Assembly (NCBI RefSeq): GCF_032191835.1
Contig: NC_083240.1
Location: 43,710,001-43,774,000 of the forward strand
DNA: 64,000 nt
Reading direction: 5' to 3'
DNA from: Heteronotia binoei
Taxonomy: Eukaryota
This document shows positions 35,411 to 46,195 of the stretch, piece by piece. The number at the start of each line of letters is the position of its first letter. The first letter of the stretch is position 1. A model generated the notes under the pieces. That model was not told the DNA's origin, did no database searches, and saw nothing but the letters and a program-made list of their open reading frames with translations. The position numbers and the translations under genes are program-made.

Positions 35411-36974
35411 TAAACAGAATTAGACAATTTAACACTAAAACACAGTATAATATAGACAGTAATGCTCAAGTTAGATGATAAGAGAACAATGCAATATGAT
35501 GCATCCTTCAGACAGTATAAAATATGGATTATGAAACTGGAAGACAACGCAATAAACATACCATAATACAGTCAATGAAAAATATGTTAAATTCAGCTAT
35601 GATAAATTACAATCTTAAATCGCTTTAGAAAAATGCCCTTATAAATAATTTTATTCTATGTGTTTTGCCAAAGATAAGAGGGTGGGGAAATCCCTCGCAT
35701 CCTTAGGTAAGCTCTTCCACCAGGTAGAAATTACATATGAGCAACTTGTGGCATATTCAGAAGGCTTTGCTCAGACGAAGAGATAACAGAGATAATATCA
35801 CTTCGGTATTTGGTACTGCCCTTACTGGATGATTATCCAGTCATCCCCTTATTTTAGGGTTAGGTGGGCCAAACTGGGCATTCCTGTGTTATCATCTCAT
35901 TGCTTTCAGGTTTCCTAGTAACGTCTGTTTTGGTGGTGGTAGCTAGGAATGGGTGTTTTAAAAAGAACTGAATGTATTTTATGGAGGAAGTCTGGCGGTT
36001 GACCCGCCTGGTGTCATAGTGGCCTGGCTGACAAAAGCAGAGGAAAGGCCTACACATGACAATCAACCAGAGCTATAATGCCAAGCCGACCGGTTGGTCA
36101 GATCTTCAGATACCGTAGTGACTGTGTCAGCAGCTGGTGAATGCTTCCATAGTCTAAAAAGCCGCATTTTCTAGAAAGGCAGTTTCTGATGCTGAGTGGG
36201 AGCAGGGAAATTGGAGAAGAGCTGTTGAAGTTTGCTATTTCAGCACTTGTGCAGTTTGTTTCTGTATTGGTGAGATGAACTTTTGGCTTGATTTCCCCCC
36301 CCCCCGCCACACACACACACACTTTGCAGAAGGAAAACCTGTGCACGTATTTGTACATATACAAGGCACATGTGCCTATGAATGCCACAAGAGAGGATGT
36401 TCTTATTCATGTGAAACTACGTCCACGTCATGAGACTATCTGCAGATACACTGTTTGGTTTGGGCCCAGAACCAAAGTGTCATGGAATTTCCTCCTCGGG
36501 AAGGTTTGTCTGTCTGTCCCCTTCTATCAGAGTCTTCGTCCAGTGTAAGAAAACTATTTTTTGTCTAGCATTCTCTTACTCATTCTCAAACTCATTCTCA
36601 AACTGGCTCTCAGCCAGTTTGGTGTAGTGGTTGTGTGCGGACTCTTATCTGGGAGAACCGGGTTTGATTCCCAGTTGGAATGGCCTTGGGTCGCCCATAG
36701 CTCTCGCAGGAGTTGTCCTTGAAAGAGCAGCTGCTGTGAGAGTTCTCTCAGCCCTACTCACCTCACAGGGTATCTGTTGTGGGGGGAGAGAAGATACAGG
36801 AGATTGTGAGCCGCTCTGAGATTTGGAGTGGAGGGCGGGATATAAATCCAATCTCTTCTTCGTTGACCCTTCCTCCTGTGGGCATTCCATTTTAATTATT
36901 TATATATATTTGTATGTATTTTTAGTCTTGTTTTTATTTATTTTTTTCATTTCCCTACAAATCTTTCGATGCAG

Positions 36975-37164
36975 ATTTCCTCTCCACGATAAAGAGAGAT
37001 TGGAGAAATGGTTACGGAACATGAAACGTGACACCTGGATTCCCAGCAAGCACCAGGTCCTTTGCAGCGACCATTTCACGCCAGACTCCCTTGATGTGCG
37101 ATGGGGGATTCGATATTTGAAAACGACTGCAGTGCCCACTATTTTTTCCATGCCTGATAATGAG
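36975..37164 (+). CDS. THAP5: THAP5 exon 2 (rest of the C2CH THAP domain)
   Basis: gcAG acceptor; FPLHDKERLEKW..VLCSDHF..AVPTIF; donor GAG|GTAAAG; phases 2/0 fit. Confidence 0.96.
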
Positions 37165-39519
37165 GTAAAGTACAACAGACCAAACCTCAAAATACCATGC
37201 GTGACAGATATTCTGAAAATGGGATTTCCTGTCATGGGGAGAGCAGGATTATTCCCATTCACTTTAATGGGATCAGTCTTATAGCCATTTTCTCTTATAT
37301 TTAAGAACACAAGAGAAACCATGTTGGATCAGGCCAGTGGCCCATCCAGTCCAACACTCTGTCTCACACAGTAGCCCAAAAAAACCCCAGGTGCCATCAG
37401 GAGGTCCACCAGTGGGGCCAGGACACTAGAAGCCCTTCCACTCTGCTCCCCTCCCCCAAGCACCAAGAATGTACTGATCTTTGCTTTCCCGTGAGAGGAA
37501 GAAATCTCTTTGCCGAGAGGATTTTGTTGCAGGCTGATTCTGTGGTCAAGCCAAAATTCTATAGAGTTGTGAGCACAAGCTAGTTGGTATAGTTGGTTGA
37601 GCACAAGCTAGTTGGTATAGTTCAGCTAACATTGGCACCCCAACCTGCTGGTTTAATTTAATGGACTTTAAACTCGGGATGGATGACATGCACACACAAC
37701 TCCACAGCAATTGTGCAGTTCTTCCACTGCTCATAGTGTCCTACACATCAATTTGCCTATTCATTGTACAGAAACAAATGTAGCTCAGCATCAGGATCTG
37801 GTAACACTTAGTTCCTTGTTGCCAGTTTGGTGTAGTGGTTAAGTGTGCAGACTCTTATCTGGGAGAACTGGGTTTGATTCCCCACTCCTCCACTTGCACC
37901 TGCTGGAAGGGCCTTGGGTCAGCCATAGCTGTAGTAGAGTTGTCCTTGAAAGGGCAGCTTCTGGGAAAGCTCTCTCATAGGGTATCTGTTGGGGGGGGGG
38001 GAGGTAAAGGAGATTGTGACCACTCTGAGACTCTGAGATTCAGAGTATAGGGTGGGATATAAATCCAATATCATCATCAGTTATTTTAGTTATCTTGGAT
38101 TGTATAGGTGGGGAAATGTTTAAGTATGTTATTGTATTTTATGTTTTTTTAGGAGGGTATTTTATACTATCCTAGATATTTTAGGAGGGTTTTATATGAT
38201 GTGTTATAGTTTTTATACTGGTCTATGACCGTAATAAAAAGTTCATTCATTCATTCAGCATCATCAGTTCTCATTCCCGCTGAACAATCGGTCAGGGCTT
38301 GGAATGGGAATGGAGAGAGGCCTCCATGCCTTCTGTGATTCTAGCCCCAATGCTATATTATGGATGAGCAGAAGGTCTCTTTCCCAGATGAAGATTCTAA
38401 ACAGAAATGCAAAAGAGAAAGCTAAAAGTAATGTTAAAACCCTCCCAGTTTGTTCCAGACAGTTGCCTCATCTGTTATAACATCTCTTAGTTGCTTCTTT
38501 ACTGCTCCCACCCCCTGCCAGACATGGGCACTTTGGGAGGATGGGAACTGCAGTCAGACCTTTTGTGACTTCAGTCATCGCAGTATGGGGCAAGGGCGCA
38601 CCCAAGCTAAAGACTCAGCTACCTAAGTCCAGCTTGCTTTAAGGAGAGAGCCCTCTCAGCCCCACCTACTTCGCGGGATGTCCGTTGCGGGGGCAGTAGA
38701 CCTAGGAGACTAGAAGTCGCTCTGATTCAGAGAGAAGGGCGGGGTATAAATCTGCAGTCTTCTCTTCATTTAAACCCTTGTGCATTTTAAGGCTAGTTTT
38801 GTTCAGGATCCCACTCCAGGAGAAATGTCACCTACTGAAAGCAGGTTTTGAAGGCTCTGGCCCTTCTGTATCCCCTGGTGAAGCCCCATGGAAAGTTTTT
38901 AATTTCAGACTTTAAACAGTTTTTGAAATCATTTCATTTTTGGTGTCTTAGACTATGGCCTGTTAAAATGTAACTACTAAAGTTGGGCTGTCTTACCTGA
39001 CCCATGGGATTTTCTACCCTTTTCCCTTCATATTGACCTTGGGTCTACAGTGGGCCCTGGGGCTGGTCCCTGGGGCCAAAAAGGTGGGGGGCCACTGAAC
39101 CCCTTTTCAGGAGATGCAAGCAGTTGGGGGGGGGGGGGACAAGAAGCCTTTCCAGAGGCTCAGCTCACGGAAGATTGGGTAATGAATGAAGCAATAAGAG
39201 AGAGCCAGTCTGGTGTAGTGGTTAAATGTGCGGGCTCTTACCTGGGAGAACCGGGTTGGATTCCCTACTCCTCCACTTGCAGCTGCTGGAGTGGCCTTGG
39301 GTCAGCCAGAGCTCTCGCAGGAGTTATCCTTGAAAGGGCAGCTGCTGTGAGAGCCCTTTCAGCCCCACCCACCTCACAGGATGTCTGTTATGGGGGAGGA
39401 AGGGAAAGGAGATTGTAGGCCGCTCCGAGACTCTGTCCTTGAAAGGGCAGCTTCTGGGAGAGCCCTCTCAGCCCCACCCACCTCACAAGGTGTCTGTTGT
39501 GGGGGGAGAAGATATAGGA

Positions 39520-39648
39520 CAGGCGTGGCCAACAGTAGCTCTCCAGATGTTTTTGCCTACAACTCCCATCAGCCCCAGCCAGCATGGCCAATGGCTGATG
39601 GGAGTTGTAGGCAAAAAACATCTGGAGAGCTACCATTGGCCACCCCTG
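39520..39648. mobile_element. Palindromic hAT MITE nested in a Squam3-like SINE
   Basis: caggcgtggccaa / ttggccacccctg; perfect TSD atatagga. Confidence 0.88.
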
Positions 39649-39896
39649 ATATAGGAGATTGTAAACCGCTCTCTTTCAGGGAGAAGGACGGGGTATAAAT
39701 CTGCAATTCTTCTTCTTCCAAAGGTTTCCAACTTCTGAGGGAGGAGTCCTTTGTTGGACTAAGCACTTCCTTTTCTGATGAAAGAAAAGCTTTCCTTCCA
39801 ATCCAGCTTATTTAATGTATGAAGCAATAAGAATCAATTGCGGAATGCCTCGTGATAAACAATTTCTTAGTACAATAAAATGTGTTCCTTCCTTAG

Positions 39897-40925
39897 GAAA
39901 AAGGGATCTCCCAGAAAAAGGCACAGGAAAAAAGAACAGAAGATGACAAAGAAAAAAACGCAAGGACTACAGTAGCAAATTCTTTAAAACCTTGTTCACC
40001 AAAGAGGAATAATATAATCGAAGAACGGCTTTACAGGAAAGCACTTTGCACAACTTCAAGCAAGTCTTCTGAACAGAAAACACTACTTCGGAATGCTGTG
40101 AAATCTGATGACATCATTTTATACGCAGATAACTCCATTAGGCAGACTTTTGAGCAGACAAGTCCCGTGGTCATAACGAGTGATGTACAGACTGTAGCAG
40201 CCGGTGATTGCTGCGCCCCAGAAAACATGAGCTTTAACAGCTCTGTAGAGCGTCTCTTTAGCGGTGCAACCACGGTTTTGCAAGCTACAGTTCACAGTCA
40301 TCAATCATGTCTTGAGTGCATCTCAGATCCTAAAGCCACAGTTTTGCAGCCTGCAGATTTGCAACACCTGGATCCATCTGTGGGATTTAGCAATGTGACT
40401 GTACCTATTAACGACTTTCCATCTGATCAGTTAGGGTCTCACATGGCGCGCTGCACAGTGGAAGTGAAGCCATCTAGCGAAAACTCCTTATTGCTCCGCA
40501 CAGTGTCGCAAGCTTTGGAACAGTTTAGTGGCGATAAAGAGTCTGTTATCACCATTATAGTTCCTTCAGAGGATTCAAAAACTCCTTTGTTATTCGAGGG
40601 CTCTGTTGTGCCGGTGGGCCAGGAATTGATTGAAATCGAAGCTGAAGCCTCTACATGTATCACTTGTGACAATGGTCTTGAAGTGCTACAAATGGAGCAT
40701 TCGTATTGTAGGCAAGATGTAGACAGGGAACAACTCTGGCAAAAAATTACAAAGCTGCACTCAAAAATAGCACTTTTAGAAGTCCAGGAGCGGAAAACTT
40801 TAGGCAGACTCAAATCCCTGGAAGCCCTTATTGCCAAGCTGAAGCAGGAAAATCTGCTTTCTGAAGAAAAACTCAAGATTGTTGAAAACTGTTTCACAAC
40901 CTTTGAAGTGACTATGATACAATAA
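39897..40925 (+). CDS. THAP5: THAP5 exon 3 (HCF-1-binding motif and C-terminal coiled coil)
   Basis: ccttccttAG acceptor, open from EKGISQKK; EHSY (D/E-H-x-Y); QLWQKITKLHSKIALLE coiled coil; CFTTFEVTMIQ stop; joined CDS 1302 nt = 433 aa. Confidence 0.95.
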   Translation, partial: EKGISQKKAQEKRTEDDKEKNARTTVANSLKPCSPKRNNIIEERLYRKALCTTSSKSSEQKTLLRNAVKSDDIILYADNSIRQTFEQTSPVVITSDVQTVAAGDCCAPENMSFNSSVERLFSGATTVLQATVHSHQSCLECISDPKATVLQPADLQHLDPSVGFSNVTVPINDFPSDQLGSHMARCTVEVKPSSENSLLLRTVSQALEQFSGDKESVITIIVPSEDSKTPLLFEGSVVPVGQELIEIEAEASTCITCDNGLEVLQMEHSYCRQDVDREQLWQKITKLHSKIALLEVQERKTLGRLKSLEALIAKLKQENLLSEEKLKIVENCFTTFEVTMIQ

Positions 40926-41502
40926 AAGTTTGAAAGCGATTGTTTCAACTAATTTTTTGCTGTTCTCAGAGGGGAGGTGGGAATTGCAGAAAGTGTGTTC
41001 TTGGGGAAAGAAGCCTTTACCCTAAAGATCTGTGGTAGAATATGATCCAAATTCCTGGGGAATGTTTCAAAATCAAGTGTATGGATTTAATATAAGTCCA
41101 GTTTGTAAATCATTATCAAGCTTGAATAAATCTAAAAGTTGTAGTATTCGAATTGAAAGCCCAGCTTTGAAAAATTGAAAGGATGAATTCCATTATCCAA
41201 CACAAAAGTACAGGCCACTATTAGCTTCACAAAAGTACTTGTAGTTCTGAGAATCCTACTTCAGTTTTGTTCTTTTTCTTAGTATTTGTTACATTCCTTT
41301 TTGACAAAAGACATATTTAATAATTAAAGGAAAATGTCCCTTTCCCCCAGTGACCATTGTATTTTATTCAGTGTTTTGGTTTCTGGAGTTTATTGCTTAG
41401 CTGTATTACCCATTAGACAGTAGCACTTCTGAGGTAAATCCAATATTAGTATGTTAGTGAAATGTGGCCACTTAAAAAATCAAGTACAGTGGCACCTCAC
41501 AC

Positions 41503-42085
41503 CAATTTGGTGTAGTGGTTAAGTGTGCGGACTCTTATCTGGGAGAACCAGGTTTGATTCCCCCCTCCTTCACATGCAGCTACTGGAATGGTCTTGAGTC
41601 AGCCAGAGCTCTCTTATCTGGGAAAACCGGGTTTGATTCCCCCCTCCTTCACATGCAGCTACTGGAATGGCCTTGAGTCAGCCAGAGCTCTCTTATCTGG
41701 GAGAACCGGGTTTGATTCCCCCCTCCTTCACATGCAGCTGCTGGAATGGCCTTGAGTCAGCCAGAGCTCTCTTGTCTGGGAGAACCGGGTTTGATTCTCC
41801 CCTCCTCCACTTGCAGCTGCTGGAATGGCCTTGGGTCAGCCAGAGCTCTCTTGTCTGGGAGAACCGGGTTTGATTCCCCACTCCTCCACTTGTAGCTGCT
41901 GGAATGGCCTTTGGTCAGCCATAGCTCTGGCAGAGGCTGTCCTTGAAAGGGCAGCTGCTGTGAGAGCCCTCTCAGCCCCACCCACCTCACAAGGTGTTGT
42001 GGGGGGAGAAGATATAGGAGACTGTAAGCCACTCTGAGTCTGATTCAGAGAGAAGGGCGGGGTATAAATCTGTCGTCGTCTTCAA
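41503..42085 (+). repeat. Squam3-like SINE with five tandem 79-bp copies of its 5' segment
   Basis: Unit starts at 41532, 41611, 41690, 41769, 41848. Confidence 0.92.
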
Positions 42086-42507
42086 AAACTGAATTTTCCC
42101 CTTAAAGATTATAAGTAGTACTTACGGAAGCATGTGATATCAAAACATTTCCTGGGTAAGAAACAGTTAACATCCCCGTGTTTATTTTAGACCTATTTTT
42201 TAAAAAGTGTTCTTAATAACTTGAACTGTAATTGGCCTTTCCATTTGCCCTCCTTTTGCAGTTTTTGCCCATTTCCTGCCTCATTGCTGCCCCCACGATG
42301 TTCCTCGGGGTCTTCTGGCCCGCAGAGGTGCACTTTCGGGGAAGCAAGACTGCAGCAGGGCAGGGAGGCAGGACTGAGCTCTGTTTCTGCAGTGTGGCTC
42401 TGCCTTATTTATCCCTTGAGCTAAAGTTTGGTGTTTTATAGTAAGTTACGAATTGTGTTCCTTAAGTGTCTGCTGTTGGCAGTGTTATAGAGAGGGTTGG
42501 TTTTGGG

Positions 42508-42972
42508 TAAGGTTGCCAATCCCCAGAAGGGGGCAGCGCATCCCCCGGTTTGGAGGCCCTCCCTCCGTTTCAGGGTCATTCCATTATTCCCTATGGAGAC
42601 CGATTCCCTTAGGAAATAATGGAGAATTGATCCTTAGGTATCTGGGGCTCGCTTGGGGGCTAGTTTTTGAGTTAGAGGCACCAAATTTTCAGCATAGCAT
42701 CCGGTGCCTCTTCTCAAAACACCCTCCACATTTCAAAAGGATTGGACCAGGGGCTCCAATTCTCTGAGCCCCAAAAGAAGGTGCCCCTATCTTTCATTAT
42801 ATCCAATGGGGGGAAGGTGTGTAAAAGGTGTGCGGTCCTTTTAAATGTGACGGAGCTCCCTTTGGAGTTCAGTTATGCTTGTCACAACCTTGCTCCTGGC
42901 TCATGCCCCAAAGTCTCCTGGCTCCACCCCCAAAGTCCCCAGATACTTCTTGAATTGGACTTGGCAACTCTA
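42508..42972 (-). mobile_element. TAGGGTTGCCA-TIR hAT MITE
   Basis: TSD gttttggg / attttggg. Confidence 0.88.
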
Positions 42973-43073
42973 ATTTTGGGGTCTTGCTTCAGTAGTGAAT
43001 GTTATTTTTGCATCTGTTATGTATAAATAGGAGCCAAAGACAAAAAGGCTTCAGTGCACATGTAGTAGGTAGG

Positions 43074-43677
43074 TAGTCCCCTGTGCAAGCACCAGTGGTT
43101 TCCAACTCTGTGGTGACGTTGCTTTCACAACGTTTTCACGGCAGACTTTTTATGGGGTGGTTTGCCATTGCCTTCCCCAGTCATCTACACTTTGCCCCCA
43201 GCAAGCTGGGGACTCATTTTACCAACCACTTAAGGATGGAAGGCTGAGTCAACCTTAAGCTGGCTACCTGAACCCAGCTTCCACCGTGATTGAACTCAGA
43301 TCATGAGCAGAGCTTAGGACTGTAGTACTGCAGCTTTGCCACTCTGCACCACAGGGCTCTTTGGATTTGGATTTTAAAACTGTAAAGGTAGTCCCCTGTG
43401 CAAGCACCAGTCGTTTTCGACTCTGGTGTGACGTTGCTTTCACAACATTTTCATGGCAGACTTTTTACGGGGTGGTTTGCCACTGCCTTCCCCAGTCATC
43501 TACACTTTTCCCCCAGCAAACTGGGGACTCATTTTACTGATCTCAGAAGGATGAAAGGTTGAGTTAACCTTGAGCTGGCAACCTGAACCAGCTTCCACTG
43601 GGATCGAACTCAGGTCGTGAGCAGAGGGCTCCGACTGCAGTACTGCAGCTTTACCACTCTGTGCCATGGGGCTCTTG
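43074..43677 (-). mobile_element. Tandem pair of Sauria-type SINEs
   Basis: Two full units 43074-43370 and 43385-43677. Confidence 0.88.
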
Positions 43678-45041
43678 AATTGGACATGGCAACCCTAATT
43701 TGGGGGTTTTGCTTCAATGATGAATGTTATGTATAAGAACAGGAGCAGTGCACATGACCCATAGATAAACTAAATGGACATGAACTGGTAGAGTTTGCAT
43801 ATGGTCTTAACGTTCCAATTGTTATTCCCTTTGTAGCTCTTTCAGGGATTGTGCAGTCACACAGATCAGGTATTGAAAATGCACTCTAAAGGATGCTGCA
43901 ACCAATTCTGGCATTTTGAGGAAGAGATCTAGATTTCAACTAGTATAGACAAGGGGGTTGTGAGGTTTGCCAAGTAGCACTCAGATATACTTCCACTATG
44001 CTACAAGTACAGAACTTCTCCTTGGAGAGGTATTGCTAGGAATAAAGCTATTCGATAAAGGCATTCCTAAATAGCCCCGAAAAGCATGGGCTTTCACACC
44101 TCCCAGATCCATCTAACATAAGCACCCTAAAAGACAGTTCTCATTTAACATGCCAGGAGGCAGGTCAAGCCGATCACAGAGTCTTATCTTGAAGGCCGCT
44201 CTCTTCCTTCAGGCCCAGATGGTGCAAGGAGTGGGAGGAGAGTAGTTCACAGGAGAGTATTCACAGGCCTCTCACCAACCATCTCAAGGACTTTACATAG
44301 CACACAACACACACACACTTCACAGTAGTTAAGGGGAAGATATGGCTAGTGACATGACATAGATCCTGAGGGGCACAGAGACTTGCTGGGGCATCTCATT
44401 TCTCCTTTCTCTTTTATTTTATCTTTCCCTTCCCTGAAAGTCCCTATAGCCTCTCCCTTTTCCTGCTTCCTTCTTTTCAAATCATCAGACAGCCTTCATC
44501 TACCTGCCCTCACCCACCCCATCTTCAGCTTTCCCTCATTCCTGTTGGTAGTATCTCCCTGGCAAAACTCTGGCCAAGTGATACGATGCCAGTTAAGAAC
44601 ATAAGAGAAGCCATGTTGGATCAGGCTAACGGCCCATCCAGTCCACCATTCTCTGCCACACAGCGGTCAAAACCCAGGCGCCATCAGGAGGTCCACCAAT
44701 GGGGCCAGAACTCTAGAAGCCCTCCCAAGAACCAAATTGCTCATTGATGGCGGAGTTGGGCAAATTGTGTGGTGTTGGCCAGGGTAGGCCAAGTTGCCCA
44801 GTGGGTATGCTGCAAGGACTAGCAAAGGGGTGCATCTCACTTTTCCTGTACCCCCCTCCCTATATTTTCCTCTTCCTGGCAGATCCTATGTCCTTGACTT
44901 CCCTTGCTTCCTTCTTTCTACCAACCAACCAACCTTCTGTCTGCCCCCCCCCCCCCCACTCCTTCAGCTATATTTATTACTTATTTACTTCATTTATACA
45001 TTGTTTTATCTCCCCCTGTGGGAACCTGAAGTGGCTTACCT

Positions 45042-45532
45042 CAGTAGTCCCCAACCTTTTTGGCACCAGGGACCAGTTTTGTGGAAGACAATTTTTCCAC
45101 GGACCGGCAGGGGGGGGGGCGAGGAGGTGATGATTTTGGGATGATACGATTGTGCACTTTATTTCTATTAGTTTGGTGTAGTGGTTAAGTGTGCAGACCC
45201 TCATCTGGAAGAACTGAGTTTGATTCTCCATTCCTCCTGGAAGCTGCTGGAATGGCCTTGGGTCAGCCATAGCTATCGCAGGAGTTGTCCTTGAAAGGGC
45301 AGCTGCTGTGAGAGCCCTCTCAGCCCCACCCACCTCACTCACAGGGTGTCTGTTGTGTGGGGAGGAGGAAGATAAAGGAGCTTGTAAGCCACTCTGGGAC
45401 TCTGCGATAAGGAGTGGAGGGTAGGATAAAAATCCTGTGTGGACATCTTATTATTACATTGCAATACATAATGAAATAATTATACAACTCATGGCCCAGT
45501 TGCTAACAGGCCATGGGGGTTGGGGACCCCCG
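45042..45532. mobile_element. hAT MITE (cagtagtccccaacc TIR) containing a Squam3-like SINE (45168-45435)
   Basis: Same family as 31454-32134; TSD gcttacct / acttacat. Confidence 0.8.
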
Positions 45533-45687
45533 ACTTACATCATTCTACTCCTCTCCATTTTATCCTCACACAACCCTGTGAGGCAAGCAGGGCTGAGTGT
45601 GTATGATTGACACAAAGTCACCCAATGAGCTTGCAGAGCAGAATGGGAATTCAGATGCATTATGTCATTGTTATATGCTCCTTTTTA

Positions 45688-46195
45688 AGAACATAAGAGA
45701 AGCCATGTTGGATCAGGCCATAGCCCATCCAGTCCAACACTCTGTGTCACACAGTGGCAAAAAATTTTATATATACACACACACTGTGGCTAATAGCCAC
45801 TGATGGACCTGTGCTCCATATTTTTATCTAAACCCCTCTTGAAGGTGGCTATGCTTGTGGCCGCCACCACCTCCTGTGGCAGTGAATTCCACATGTTAAT
45901 CACCCTTTGGGTGAAGAAGTACTTCCTTTTATCCGTTTTAACCTGTCTGCTCAGCAATTTCATCGAATGCCCACGAGTTCTTGTATTGTGAGAAAGGGAG
46001 AAAAGGACTTCTTTCTCTACTTTCTCCATCCCATGCATTATCTTGTAAACCTCTATCATGTCACCCCGCAGTCGACGTTTCTCCAAGCTAAAGAGTCCCA
46101 AGCGTCTCAACCTTTCTTCATAGGGAAAGTGTTCCAGCCCTTTAATCATTCTAGTTGCCCTTCTCTGGACTTTCTCCAATGCTATAATATTTTTC
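45688..46195 (-). mobile_element. CR1 LINE 3' fragment
   Basis: EKVQRRATRMIKGLEHFPYEERLRRLGLFSLEKRRLRGDMIEVYKIMHG; smaller CR1 3' pieces at ~37303-37470 and 44596-44730. Confidence 0.93.

Noticed and set aside
35820-36550. Unexplained unique-looking intronic stretch in THAP5 intron 1
   Set aside because: All frames interrupted; no recognisable RNA or protein motif
43862-43876. gatcaggtattga match to the Penelope-like arm start
   Set aside because: Only ~13 nt, no flanking similarity; could be chance
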